IMG/VR virus record: IMGVR_UViG_2541047691_000017
From: a virus
Lineage: Duplodnaviria; Heunggongvirae; Uroviricota; Caudoviricetes
Strand: one strand, 5' to 3'
DNA length: 40,851 nucleotides
Below are positions 17,697 through 27,041 of the stretch, one piece after another (within the stretch, counting starts at the first letter, position 1; each line of letters starts with the position of its first letter). The notes beneath the pieces were generated by a model. The model saw only the letters and a program-made list of their open reading frames with translations, ran no database searches and was not told the DNA's origin. The position numbers and the translations under genes are program-made.

Positions 17697-20167
17697 CAGA
17701 ATCCCCCAACAGTAAGGCGAGGAATAACGGCAAGAACAGACAGCGGCAACGGATCAAGCTGACGGATTTTTACACGTCCGTTTTTGCCCCAGTTACTGTC
17801 CAGTTTCACTTCTACTTTTCCGGTAGCATCATCAACAGGATCATCGTAGAACTCGAATTCACGCTGTGGATATTCGTACCATTTACCGCCGGGCGTAGTC
17901 GCCCAGATGCCGCGACTGGCATTCACAACCAGAGTAACGGAGGGGATCACCTGTTTTTTGTCCAGCAGCGTTTCCTGTCCGTTAATGTTGATATCCAGTG
18001 TTTCGAATTCAGCAGTTATTGGCATGCCGATGTGCACTACAGCCCCCGGAGATTCCAGCGTGACGGCACCTCCGGAAACCACTTTCTGTGGTTCCACGTT
18101 CGCATCAGAGAGAATGTTTACGGTCTGGCCTTCAAGATGAGACAGGCCTCCAAATGTCCGGCGCGCCATCTGCCAGTTCGTGGTGGCCACATTCCTGAGG
18201 GATGGCGGGACGTTCCTGTTAGCACGAACCACTACAGCGGTATTGCTGGTTACAGAAATAATGTCGCAACGTAATTCTTTTGACACTTCATCGCCAGTAT
18301 CAGGATCAGTTCCGGTATAAGGGAACTGTAGTTGCGCGCCGACATCACTACTGGTGAAGTACGCACCACCAGAAACACTGATTGTATATTCCGCACGGTA
18401 ATCCCATTCACCAGAACCACCAGTGATGGTCATCGTTCTGTCAGACGTATTTCTTCCATCATAGCTAAGGCCAGAATCAACAAAGAAAGCATCTTCATCG
18501 CTGGTAAATAAACGGCTGGACAGTCGCTCGATGTATCTCACTGTTTGCCCGTTAACGGTTCGGTTAATGACGAAATACACCGCATCTTCATTGCCTTCGC
18601 TGATACTGCATGTGCTTTCATATTTTCCGGTACTGGACTGTGGTGCCCATGCAAAAACCTGTTGATCACGCAAATAGGTCATCACCAGTAATTTACCGTC
18701 ATCACGAATGCAGAAGGCGCTGGAGTAAGGGACAATAGAGAAGCACCAGTCAACAATGCTGTGCTTCTGAAAAAGATGATTGGCAAGGATAGTAAGGTCG
18801 TTCCCCTGATAGCCGTCAACATCGAATGAGTAGGCCAGATCACGGACAACACTGCCTTTCTCCTGGACGAACAGAGCAATATTCGCCACGGCAATTGGTG
18901 GGACATTGCTCGAACCATTTGATCCCTGAGAGCTGAATGCAAATGATGATGGAGTTAATACTTTGTTCTGGTCGCCGGTGATGACGTACTCACCTCCGGA
19001 AGTCAGTGCCACCAGCGAACCGACATCAATCAGGTGGCGGATCTCATTAACCTGACGCCCGGCATAGGTGTAGATAATTCTGTCGTCATCCTGCGTAGGA
19101 TTGCTTTTGCCAAAATCCTTATAATCCCCAGTACGGCTGGCCCAGATAGTCTGAGGGAACGCTGTCGATGCGGCGAAGTAAAGACGTTGTTGATAATAAA
19201 CAACCGTGCCAGGATAACCGTTAACACTGTTCCAGGCATATTTAGCCCATTTATAGCTGGCATTATCCTCGCCAACGACCTGCGAAGGGATATAGGAAAT
19301 CACCTCAGCAGTTGCAGTAGTGCCATTTACAGCAGTTATACGGGCAATGCCAAAACCACTGTGCAGATACTCCCACTCAATGCCAGTATCATCATCACCG
19401 GATCCGCCCCAGCCATCCCATGATGTGCCTTCTGTATGCGAAGGGCGCAAAGTGCCTGTTTTGCCTGCTGTAACGGCGCGATAGTAGTTACTGTCTGCAC
19501 GGCGAATATCGCCAATCGACGTACTCTTACTGGTTTCCCATACCGGCACAGAATCCACTGCAGGCTGTTCCAGATAGAACAATTTGCCTACCTGCTCCGC
19601 GCCAAAAATAGAGGCGCTTGCCGTTAACGTAATTGTCCCGGTGCTGGCGCTGGCATAAACCGTCACTGACTCATCAATATTGATATCTTCAAATGGCCCG
19701 TTCTTCGTTACCACATCAACCAGTTGCCAGTTGTCATGCGCATAGCGGCGCAGCTCTTTCGGCGGGTATGCCGGGTGAACCAGCGTAAGCACGTCGGCGC
19801 TTTGCGTGAATTTAATTCGGAACAGATCGGCTTCAGTATATGGCGTGGCAATTTCATAAATAACATTGCTGCTGTTCAGCACCAACGCACCATCTTTGAT
19901 AACGCGCATGTACTGGTGTCCGAACTCCAGAGCATAAGTCTGAACCGTCGAGAATTGGAACGGGATCAGGCGGCATTTCCGATTTGGGTATTTGGCGGCA
20001 CCGACAAAACGCGTACCAGGTCGATTCTCAACGCCGCCATACTGCCGCACGATAAAGTTATCGCACTTGCGCAATGCTACCTGGTACTTCGCCATGTCAA
20101 TACGCCCGTACAACGACGGTCCAATCTCACCACCGGCAAAGCTGGGCTGGATCCAACTGATAGCCAT
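17696..20167 (-). CDS. Tail tubular protein B (T7 gp12-like)
   Basis: 823 aa; N-terminus MAISWIQPSFAGGEIGPSLYGR resembles the start of T7-type gp12 as recalled (MALISQSIKNLKGGISQQPDILR); size and position match. Confidence 0.65.
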   Translation of the reverse strand: MAISWIQPSFAGGEIGPSLYGRIDMAKYQVALRKCDNFIVRQYGGVENRPGTRFVGAAKYPNRKCRLIPFQFSTVQTYALEFGHQYMRVIKDGALVLNSSNVIYEIATPYTEADLFRIKFTQSADVLTLVHPAYPPKELRRYAHDNWQLVDVVTKNGPFEDINIDESVTVYASASTGTITLTASASIFGAEQVGKLFYLEQPAVDSVPVWETSKSTSIGDIRRADSNYYRAVTAGKTGTLRPSHTEGTSWDGWGGSGDDDTGIEWEYLHSGFGIARITAVNGTTATAEVISYIPSQVVGEDNASYKWAKYAWNSVNGYPGTVVYYQQRLYFAASTAFPQTIWASRTGDYKDFGKSNPTQDDDRIIYTYAGRQVNEIRHLIDVGSLVALTSGGEYVITGDQNKVLTPSSFAFSSQGSNGSSNVPPIAVANIALFVQEKGSVVRDLAYSFDVDGYQGNDLTILANHLFQKHSIVDWCFSIVPYSSAFCIRDDGKLLVMTYLRDQQVFAWAPQSSTGKYESTCSISEGNEDAVYFVINRTVNGQTVRYIERLSSRLFTSDEDAFFVDSGLSYDGRNTSDRTMTITGGSGEWDYRAEYTISVSGGAYFTSSDVGAQLQFPYTGTDPDTGDEVSKELRCDIISVTSNTAVVVRANRNVPPSLRNVATTNWQMARRTFGGLSHLEGQTVNILSDANVEPQKVVSGGAVTLESPGAVVHIGMPITAEFETLDININGQETLLDKKQVIPSVTLVVNASRGIWATTPGGKWYEYPQREFEFYDDPVDDATGKVEVKLDSNWGKNGRVKIRQLDPLPLSVLAVIPRLTVGGF

Positions 20168-20775
20168 CAGGACAACCTCGCAATGGTAAACTCATCAACC
20201 GGTGGCTGTGGTTCCTGTGATTCATTCTGGCTATGCGAGCCAGCACTAAGAATCACGCGATTGTACATATTGAGGGCAAACGTACCGAGGTCTGCATTCC
20301 CAGTCAGCGCCATGTTAATAGCTGCCGCAAGACGCCAGGCCAACGCCTCCATAAAAATGGCATCAAACATGTTCACATCTGTAACGCGAGAGACATACTT
20401 GAGCCATGCCTGAGGCTGGTCTGTGTAGATCAACTTTCCTGTTCCGTTGGTGTCTGCACCAACTTCGTACTGAACGCGCATTGCTGCTGTTGGATTGCGT
20501 ACACCAGGAAGCATAATTTCAGTAATGCGCAGACAATCTGACGGGTACTGGTACGCATATTCCCAGTCAGGCGGTGGATTGCTCGTATCTGCAAGCGCCA
20601 CGCGTTTGGTAGCAAAGTTCCAGTCAAAATCAGAAAGCACAGCATCACGACAGGCCTCAAAGTGCAGCGAACATTCCCCCGCTTCCTTGCTGGCTTCCGT
20701 CAGGCTGTTAATGCTGCGGCTGTTGCCAATATTGGACAGCGCACGATTACAGATCTCTACTACAGAGGCCATCAC
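20167..20775 (-). CDS. Tail tubular protein A (T7 gp11-like)
   Basis: 202 aa; N-terminal region (EICNRALSNIGNSRSINSLTE) resembles recalled T7 gp11 (VNDILASIGEPPVSTLE); immediately upstream of the gp12-like gene. Confidence 0.6.
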   Translation of the reverse strand: MMASVVEICNRALSNIGNSRSINSLTEASKEAGECSLHFEACRDAVLSDFDWNFATKRVALADTSNPPPDWEYAYQYPSDCLRITEIMLPGVRNPTAAMRVQYEVGADTNGTGKLIYTDQPQAWLKYVSRVTDVNMFDAIFMEALAWRLAAAINMALTGNADLGTFALNMYNRVILSAGSHSQNESQEPQPPVDEFTIARLS

Positions 20776-21101
20776 TCACCTCCGTTACCGTACAGAGTTT
20801 CAGCCGCTGATTTTTCTACATCCCCGGAAACAGGAGCGATCGCCATATCAGTGATCTGCAGATCGGCGCTGCGATTAACGCCATCGTTAGTTTCTCTGGC
20901 AGACAGGCCTCGAATAACAGCCTTTGCAGTTATCATCACTTCCGTTCCGACGCCCTTAGGTTGCGCCTTCAGCTTATTCAATGTGTCGTTATTAAGAGTG
21001 ATGCACAGCCCCCACGGGTATTCATCGCGAGTTCTGGTTTCTCCGCTCTCATCCTGGTAGCTGTCAGTGCCGGTTTTGAGGTTTACGAGTTCCATATACA
21101 C
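20772..21101 (-). CDS. Hypothetical virion protein
   Basis: 109 aa ORF coupled (ATGA overlap) to the gp11-like gene; start could also be the internal ATG at 21095. Confidence 0.4.
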   Translation of the reverse strand: MYMELVNLKTGTDSYQDESGETRTRDEYPWGLCITLNNDTLNKLKAQPKGVGTEVMITAKAVIRGLSARETNDGVNRSADLQITDMAIAPVSGDVEKSAAETLYGNGGE

Positions 21102-21145
21102 TCCTGCAATAAAGGGGCCGAAGCCCCTTGTCTGATCCGCGAGGC

Positions 21146-21481
21146 TTACACGCCCAGTTCTTTACGCTTATCTGCGATCTTCTCGCGGAGCGTTTCGGCT
21201 TTGGCGTTATGGTGTGGCTTCTCGTTAAAGAGCAATTCGTACTCTTCACGGAGCTTATCCAGTTCACCATCATCTGACACATCGTTGATGATTTTGGTGC
21301 TGGTTGCTGCCATTGACACCTTTCCTGCAACTTTTGCTTTTGCCTGTCTGGCTGCATCGTTAACAGGTTCCAGTGCGCTACCAGGCTCACCTTCGTATTC
21401 GATTTCTGCCCCCTCCGGCCACAGAGTGTTATGGATATGAGAGAGGCGCAGAACGCGGTATCTTGGTTTCTCACCTGACAT
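21146..21481 (-). CDS. Hypothetical protein in structural operon
   Basis: Start at ATG 21479-21481 (MSGEKPRYRV...) with RBS AAGGTGA; charged C-terminal helix. Confidence 0.4.
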   Translation of the reverse strand: MSGEKPRYRVLRLSHIHNTLWPEGAEIEYEGEPGSALEPVNDAARQAKAKVAGKVSMAATSTKIINDVSDDGELDKLREEYELLFNEKPHHNAKAETLREKIADKRKELGV

Positions 21482-21491
21482 CGATATCACC

Positions 21492-21929
21492 TTAACCAGT
21501 TACTTTTGAACGGATCGGATACGGCGTATTGGCATCAACATCAAGACTGATACCCGCAGTGAATTCGCCAGCCGTTAGTGGGCCAGTTGCGACGGAGTAG
21601 TTAACACGCAGATATCGCTGAACACCGGCAGGCACCTTTGCAGAAACAACTCGTTTACCTGCTGTCAGGGCGGTCTTTGCCAGTGCACCACTATCATAAA
21701 TAGTGGTCCATGAGCTGTTATTCTCACTCGTCTGCAACTGGATGTTTACAGTTGCCTCACCACTTGCCGTGGCGGCTTCGTTAACCAGCACCCAAAACTC
21801 AAGCGGGTAACCCACGCCGATATCACGACGTTTTCCGTCAATTGGACCGAGATCGATTACGTCAGTAGAAGCCGCGGTATTCGTAACCGCCTGAGCTTCG
21901 GAGAACATCAACAGTTTGTCGGTGATCAT
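21492..21929 (-). CDS. Hypothetical capsid-associated protein (possible decoration/Ig-like protein)
   Basis: 145 aa directly downstream of the major capsid gene; RBS GGAG; Thr/Ala/Val-rich beta-type composition. Confidence 0.4.
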   Translation of the reverse strand: MITDKLLMFSEAQAVTNTAASTDVIDLGPIDGKRRDIGVGYPLEFWVLVNEAATASGEATVNIQLQTSENNSSWTTIYDSGALAKTALTAGKRVVSAKVPAGVQRYLRVNYSVATGPLTAGEFTAGISLDVDANTPYPIRSKVTG

Positions 21930-21980
21930 CTTCTTTCTCCATTAGTGGGTCTGTTACGACCCACAGGTTAATAACAGGCG

Positions 21981-22973
21981 TTACACCACGCGGGCTTCTG
22001 TTTCCAGAAGCGCATCAGTTTCACGGATTGGTACACCACGGAATGAAGTCCACCACTCGCCTTCAGTCTCTTTTACGCTGATAGCCAGAGATGTTTTCTC
22101 CAGAGACTGCAGATCAAGAGCCTGGCCTACAGTGCGGTTCATGTAGAACACCGGGCGGCCCATGCCACGGTTTGGAATGCGATGTAGTGCTTTAACCATC
22201 AACTTCGCAATATTTGCGGCAGAGGAAGGTTCTGAAAGATTGCTGACATCGATATTTGCAATGCGAACAACATAACGCCAGTCACGCAGAGCAAGTCCGT
22301 TGTCCCATTTGTAATGGGTGCGATAGCCTTCGTACTTGCCGCCATTAGCATCTTCCAGTGTCACCTGGCCTTTATCTTCCATCTGGATGCCAGCCTTCTG
22401 CCCTTTCGGGAAGATGCCATGCACGGTGTTTTCGCCCCACACCACTAACCAGATTGAGGTGTTATCTGTACCCGTGCCACCAGCATCAATGATGTTCTGA
22501 GCATTACCCGCAGACAGGCTGGAATAGCGGGAGGACAGTCCCATAAACTGCTGAGGATTAACGCTGGAATCACCATAAAACAGCGTCTGCGCCATCTGCT
22601 GATTCATCGCTTCAATAAATGCGCGGTCTTCAGAAAGGCGGAATTCGGCGGTATTGCCGTTCAGATCAGCCAGTGACTTATCGACTTCCGCATAGGTTTC
22701 CAGCATGCCAACGGAATCGGTTACCTGCACTGTGGTTGATTTGCTTGGCTGTACGCCATAGTTCAGCAAACGCCAGGTAGCTGAAGGTAAACCAGAACGA
22801 ATGGTGGTTCGGTGTCCGGTAGGAAGGTTCCCTTCGACAAAAGGCATATCCTGAAGGATCGGGTTAGTTTGACCGAGAAGCTCGATAATCTTATCGACTT
22901 TCCCGTTTGGATCGACGCGCTTACCCCAGTCAGCCAGCGTTAGCGCAGTTAAGCCTTTAACAGCCATTGTCAT
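21981..22973 (-). CDS. Major capsid protein
   Basis: 330 aa; follows the scaffold gene and precedes the tail tubular genes; size typical for podovirus HK97-fold capsid proteins. Assignment by position and size. Confidence 0.7.
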   Translation of the reverse strand: MTMAVKGLTALTLADWGKRVDPNGKVDKIIELLGQTNPILQDMPFVEGNLPTGHRTTIRSGLPSATWRLLNYGVQPSKSTTVQVTDSVGMLETYAEVDKSLADLNGNTAEFRLSEDRAFIEAMNQQMAQTLFYGDSSVNPQQFMGLSSRYSSLSAGNAQNIIDAGGTGTDNTSIWLVVWGENTVHGIFPKGQKAGIQMEDKGQVTLEDANGGKYEGYRTHYKWDNGLALRDWRYVVRIANIDVSNLSEPSSAANIAKLMVKALHRIPNRGMGRPVFYMNRTVGQALDLQSLEKTSLAISVKETEGEWWTSFRGVPIRETDALLETEARVV

Positions 22974-22981
22974 TTCCTCTC

Positions 22982-23683
22982 TTATTTGCCATAGAGCACT
23001 TCGGCCGCACTACGCTGGCCTTCATTACCACCGGTGACCATGCCATCTTCAGACATCGCCTTTCCGATTTTCACGAACGTTTTGACCAGATCAGGGTGAT
23101 TACCCAGCCCGGTGGTGTTCAGATATTCTTTGAGCTCAGGTGTCCCGAACTGGTCAAGCGCACGCTGTGCGGCGCTAAGGTTAGAAATCAACTTGTCGCC
23201 ACCGATTTCTTTGTCAGCTTTTACATCCGCAGCCCACTGCTCGGTTGTTTTCTGCCAGGCTTCTGCCTGGCGCTGCTGAACACCTGCCAGAATCTTCGGA
23301 TAAGCATCAACCAGCTTTTGCGCTTGCTCGTTGGTCAGGTTAAGTTCTCGCGCCACAGGCTCGAATTCCTTCAACGCTTCTGTATCCAGCTCTACGCCTT
23401 CGGCAGCCTGAAACTCGTACTTCTCAGGCGCACCCTCTGGTTTATCGCCGTCCTTTTTTTCATCCTGCTTATCGTTTTCAGGCTTTTTGTCATCAGCAGG
23501 TTTATCGCCATCAGCAACAGGTTGTGGCTTATCACCTTCCGATTGTGATGGATCACCAACTGGAGCAGGGTTATCACCTGCAGGCGCTGACGGTTCTGAC
23601 GCAGCCGGAGCTGCTCCACCATCGACTGGTTGCTCATTGCAAAGACGGCGATACAGCAAACGCTCAAATAAATTCATGATCAC
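22982..23683 (-). CDS. Scaffolding protein
   Basis: 233 aa, highly acidic with Pro/Ala/Asp/Lys low-complexity N-terminal half and helical C-terminal half; between portal and capsid genes. Confidence 0.6.
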   Translation of the reverse strand: MIMNLFERLLYRRLCNEQPVDGGAAPAASEPSAPAGDNPAPVGDPSQSEGDKPQPVADGDKPADDKKPENDKQDEKKDGDKPEGAPEKYEFQAAEGVELDTEALKEFEPVARELNLTNEQAQKLVDAYPKILAGVQQRQAEAWQKTTEQWAADVKADKEIGGDKLISNLSAAQRALDQFGTPELKEYLNTTGLGNHPDLVKTFVKIGKAMSEDGMVTGGNEGQRSAAEVLYGK

Positions 23684-23976
23684 TCCTGTTCACTGGCCTC
23701 TTTGGCCATCTTCAAATACTGTTCAGGGCAATGCGCCATAACGCGCTGAAACAGTTCCAGCGCCAGATTGCGTTGCCCCTCATTAAATGCCATTGCCATA
23801 GCATCCATCGGAGAGATAGCGGAAAACACCCGGCCTTTCTCCAGCACCGACCAGACAACGCGACGCCCCTGTTCACTGCTCATGACAAAGCGAATGTCAT
23901 CAATTTCACGCTGTGCCATGTCACGTTGCTTACGGGCGTTTTCTTCTTTCAGTTGATCGTCTTCGTAATCTGTCAT
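23680..23976 (-). CDS. Hypothetical small protein between portal and scaffold
   Basis: 98 aa; overlapping stop/start with both neighbours. Confidence 0.4.
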   Translation of the reverse strand: MTDYEDDQLKEENARKQRDMAQREIDDIRFVMSSEQGRRVVWSVLEKGRVFSAISPMDAMAMAFNEGQRNLALELFQRVMAHCPEQYLKMAKEASEQE

Positions 23977-25652
23977 TGTGATTGCCCACCCTGACCACTA
24001 ACTGCATTCGCCATAGCTGACAAAACACTCGGATCCGAAGTTTTAGCTTCGCTTAGCGTCTTGGCACCCTGTGCCGCCGCCATCCCCATCGCCATCATTT
24101 GTTGCTGCTGTTGTTGCTGTGCCCGTTGCTGGCGAGCCTGCTCAACCTGTTCCTGCGGAACAATGACGGTTGGAGACACTCCGGACATATCAGCGAATGC
24201 ATCGATCGCCTGATCAACGTTGAGTTTGTCGAGAGCTTCTGGTTTCGCTTGCGCAAGTTGACCAATGAAGTTAACCGTGGACGCCAGACTGGACAGGCCG
24301 ATAGACTTCTGCGCCTGAGCCATGACGGAAATGTATTCGACCTTCAGGGGCATACCTTCCATCACGTCTGGCGGTGGCGGCAGCATGTTTTTACGCACCA
24401 TCATCGAGAAAGAGCGGTCAATGAGAGGATTAAGACATTCGTCGTTCAGACGCTCCAGAACCGGCCCCAACATCAGAAGTTTTTCTTCTTTCATTTCGAT
24501 CACCGCTTCAACAGGCATCGAGCGGGTATTGATGTTCTGCAACATCATGAACAGATCGACAAAGTAGGCGCTGTTAATGATTTGACGAGTGTCCTGAATG
24601 TCTGCCACCAAATCTGCTGTACTGGGGTTAACCAGATAAGCAGGCCTGAAACCATCCTGACCAGTAATCTGATCGATATACGTGATGTCGCCAGGAAGAA
24701 GGGAGGCACGCTGATTCTTGAGGGAAGTCGGAGCAACCATCGGCGGATTGGTGGCTTTATCAATCAACTGCGACTTGCGCTTCTGGAGAAGCTGCAATGC
24801 CTTAACAGGTCCAAGCGCCAGCATACCCGGGCATGATGATCCATAAACATCTTCGCCGTTAACTTCCCAGCGCGGAGCCATAATTGGAAACTCATCGAAT
24901 CCGGACTCACGCAACAACTTGTCGTTATCGCCACCAACCTCGTAATAAACCGATTTGAATGGCTTGTTCTTGCTATCCAGCTTCGATGTATCGCGGTCAA
25001 TGTTCGGGTAAACCGAATGCATCACTTCAATCCACTTCTCGTAGGTGCCGCTTTCCCACATGCTTTTTACGGATTCGCTGACGTTATTTAGCCCGAACTC
25101 CTGAACAAGCTGACGAACAGTCATAGAGAACTTGCGAAAACAGGTGTCCACACTGCCACGAGGTGAGTTAGCCAGGTAGTAACTGCCTATCGGGAATGGC
25201 ATTGTGCGAATGATGTCCTCGTCATCCTCCAGCACTGCCATTGCACCAGTGCTGTATGTGCCGAGGCTTCCGTATAACTGCGGAAGAGACTGGTAGAGAT
25301 TCGACTTATTGAACATATCGTTCATGCGGTTCTGCACCACCTCAAGCCACAACTTAACAGGGCCATAATCCATCATTTCAGGATCTGGCGTAGCCAGGCG
25401 AAACCACGGACGCGCGGGGCTTGTGATGCCTGACATCATGCCGCTGGCGAGAGTGCGCGCCGCCATAGTCCCGGTCGAATCAATAATACGTGTATTGCGT
25501 CGATCGTTACGGTTTACCTCAGAAGTCAGAAAGCGGGAACCACGCGGGTTGATGTAATCACTCAACTCGCGCCAGTGCGGCTCGAACGACTGACGCTCGC
25601 TTTCAAGTTGTGCGAACTGTTTGTTCAATCGCTCTTTAGTTGTTTCCGCCAT
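23973..25652 (-). CDS. Portal (head-to-tail connector) protein
   Basis: 559 aa; RBS GGAG; Gln/Ala-rich C-terminal tail; placed after terminase and before scaffold/capsid. Confidence 0.75.
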   Translation of the reverse strand: MAETTKERLNKQFAQLESERQSFEPHWRELSDYINPRGSRFLTSEVNRNDRRNTRIIDSTGTMAARTLASGMMSGITSPARPWFRLATPDPEMMDYGPVKLWLEVVQNRMNDMFNKSNLYQSLPQLYGSLGTYSTGAMAVLEDDEDIIRTMPFPIGSYYLANSPRGSVDTCFRKFSMTVRQLVQEFGLNNVSESVKSMWESGTYEKWIEVMHSVYPNIDRDTSKLDSKNKPFKSVYYEVGGDNDKLLRESGFDEFPIMAPRWEVNGEDVYGSSCPGMLALGPVKALQLLQKRKSQLIDKATNPPMVAPTSLKNQRASLLPGDITYIDQITGQDGFRPAYLVNPSTADLVADIQDTRQIINSAYFVDLFMMLQNINTRSMPVEAVIEMKEEKLLMLGPVLERLNDECLNPLIDRSFSMMVRKNMLPPPPDVMEGMPLKVEYISVMAQAQKSIGLSSLASTVNFIGQLAQAKPEALDKLNVDQAIDAFADMSGVSPTVIVPQEQVEQARQQRAQQQQQQQMMAMGMAAAQGAKTLSEAKTSDPSVLSAMANAVSGQGGQSQ

Positions 25653-25666
25653 TTCAATGACTCCGG

Positions 25667-25873
25667 TTACTGACCAAGTAGCGTTTTACCGCTGGTATTA
25701 GCGGTTGATGTGTCGCCCTGAGAACCGGTAAGCAGCGTAGAACTACGACCAGCAGCAGCGCGACGGCGACGAGTTTCTTCGTCGCGGGCATCAACAACGG
25801 CGGCATCCTGCTCCTGTGGTGCTGCCTGAACTTCTGGTGTTGCAGGCACTGATGGTGAGCTACCCATGCACAT
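25667..25873 (-). CDS. Small hypothetical protein upstream of portal
   Basis: 68 aa, Ala/Thr/Gln-rich; stop 15 nt before the portal RBS. Confidence 0.3.
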   Translation of the reverse strand: MCMGSSPSVPATPEVQAAPQEQDAAVVDARDEETRRRRAAAGRSSTLLTGSQGDTSTANTSGKTLLGQ

Positions 25874-25941
25874 ATCAATGACTCCGTACGCAATTAAATT
25901 ATTACCAATTTAACCACATGTGATTTATTTATCGTAGATAC

Positions 25942-25978
25942 TTGACATTTAACGCACTAATTATTACCTTTCAGGTAA
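25942..25978 (+). promoter_or_regulatory. Putative promoter (-35 TTGACA) with downstream operator-like palindrome TTACC-TTTCA-GGTAA (25964..25978)
   Basis: TTGACA at 25942-25947; palindrome identical to the 6617 site; no clean -10 hexamer at standard spacing, so promoter strength is uncertain. Confidence 0.45.
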
Positions 25979-26300
25979 GCAAAGAGTTCATTCCGGTTAT
26001 TAACCTGACTGGCTTGTCGTTAAATTGAACAGGTGGGGTGAGCTTTTATTTTGAGCAGTACGGTGTATGGCACATGCGCCGATAGCGGTCTGGATACGTT
26101 TAAGGGGCACCCTCCCTTGCTATGGCAAACGAACCAGGTAGCCGGAATGTGCAAGTCGAGCGGTTTTATTCCGCGCACGGGGATTCACCATCCCGGCGAT
26201 TCGGTGTGACACCTCGGAAGAGACGAGGGTGCAACGATGAGAGCATTTATGGAGCCGCGACAAAGTGTGGTGCCTTAACAGGCTAAGTGCTCTCAGCGTT

Positions 26301-26377
26301 GTGGCATTAGCTCAGTTGGACAGAGCAACCGCCTTCTAAGCGGTTGGTCGCAGGTTCGAATCCTGCATGCCACGCCA
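26301..26377 (+). tRNA. tRNA-Arg (anticodon UCU), argU-like
   Basis: 77 nt folded by hand: 7-bp acceptor stem GTGGCAT/ATGCCAC, D-arm GCTC/GAGC, anticodon stem ACCGC/GCGGT with loop CTTCTAA (anticodon TCT), T-arm GCAGG-TTCGAAT-CCTGC, encoded CCA. Confidence 0.9.
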
Positions 26378-26420
26378 GAATCACGCCTAAGGACCGTGAT
26401 GCCAGAAGTTCCAGGGGCTT

Positions 26421-26463
26421 GGCGGTGATGGTTTCCCTTGAAGGACTATCACCGCCATTTTTA
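26421..26463 (+). terminator. Intrinsic terminator downstream of tRNA-Arg
   Basis: Stem GGCGGTGAT...ATCACCGCC followed by ATTTTTA. Confidence 0.55.
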
Positions 26464-26540
26464 CAGCAGGACGCCATTGCGATGACTTCATGCTGTAAAC
26501 CAGTACAGCCACGGGAGGCATAACTCATTGCCTCCAGTTC

Positions 26541-26563
26541 GCCCGGTTCGCCGGGCATTTTTT
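26541..26563 (+). terminator. Hairpin plus T-run (terminator or attenuator) just before the Gp49-like gene
   Basis: Stem GCCCGG/CCGGGC, loop TTCG, then ATTTTTT; lies 17 nt upstream of the RBS of the 26580 gene. Confidence 0.45.
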
Positions 26564-26579
26564 AAGGTGAGAATAGACT

Positions 26580-26951
26580 ATGAGTGACAAAGACATTGAA
26601 TCTGAAATTCAGGCTAAAGGTTTAGCCGCGCCGCGCGTTACGCCAGACCATATCGAGAGCATTATTGCTCAGGAGGCATATTTCACAGCAGAAGATGGTG
26701 TCTTTGGCGTGGCCATAAAAGCGAAACATACTGGCGGAGAGGTAAACTACCAGCCGAACGAATCACTTTCTCTGCTGACGTTCTGCGTTCTGGTGCTGCG
26801 CAACGGCTTCACCGTCACCGGAGAGAGCGCCTGTGCAAGCCCAGAAAACTTTGATGCGGAAATTGGTCGGAAGATTGCCCGGCAGAATGCTGTAAACAAA
26901 ATCTGGATGCTTGAAGGTTACTTGCTGAAGCAGAAGTTAAGCGAGCAATAA
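26580..26951 (+). CDS. Gp49-like phage protein of unknown function
   Basis: 123 aa; RBS AAGGTGAG; resembles the small Gp49-like family seen as accessory genes in enterobacterial phages (memory only). Confidence 0.5.
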   Translation: MSDKDIESEIQAKGLAAPRVTPDHIESIIAQEAYFTAEDGVFGVAIKAKHTGGEVNYQPNESLSLLTFCVLVLRNGFTVTGESACASPENFDAEIGRKIARQNAVNKIWMLEGYLLKQKLSEQ

Positions 26952-26955
26952 CACC

Positions 26956-26967
26956 GTGACATGTCAC
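26956..26967. repeat. Palindrome GTGACATGTCAC, copy 2 of 3 (14-mer CGTGACATGTCACA)
   Basis: Perfect palindrome 5 nt after the stop of the 26580 gene; same 14-mer as at 29220..29233. Confidence 0.7.
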
Positions 26968-26972
26968 AAACA

Positions 26973-26998
26973 GCCAGCCGATGAGCTGGCTTTGTTTT
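26973..26998. terminator. Terminator between convergent Gp49-like gene and large terminase
   Basis: Stem GCCAGC/GCTGGC, 6-nt loop, then TTTGTTTT on the plus strand. Confidence 0.5.
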
Positions 26999-27041
26999 AT
27001 CCTCACCAGAGGATATCTCCGTCATTATCCCCGCTAACGGA

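Noticed and set aside
12635-24836. Numerous 60-250-aa six-frame ORFs nested inside the large structural genes (for example 12635..13015, 13151..13627, 16016..16633, 19724..20413, 24099..24836)
   Set aside because: All lie within or antisense to long, coupled structural genes and show skewed composition; treated as frame shadows.
26140-26160. Short match to a 16S rRNA 5-prime motif (GCAAGTCGAGCGG)
   Set aside because: Only about 13 nt with no surrounding rRNA-like sequence; coincidental.
26170-26200. tRNA-like T-arm (GGGA-TTCACCA-TCCC) in the leader upstream of tRNA-Arg
   Set aside because: No matching acceptor stem or anticodon arm could be built by hand; at most a degenerate remnant.
26307-26558. 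83-aa minus-strand ORF
   Set aside because: Overlaps the well-folded tRNA-Arg and the downstream terminator hairpin; no RBS; almost certainly not coding.
26955-26968. CRP-binding site interpretation of TGTGACATGTCACA
   Set aside because: The half-sites TGTGA/TCACA are separated by 4 bp rather than the 6 bp of the CRP consensus, so it is reported as an unexplained palindrome instead.
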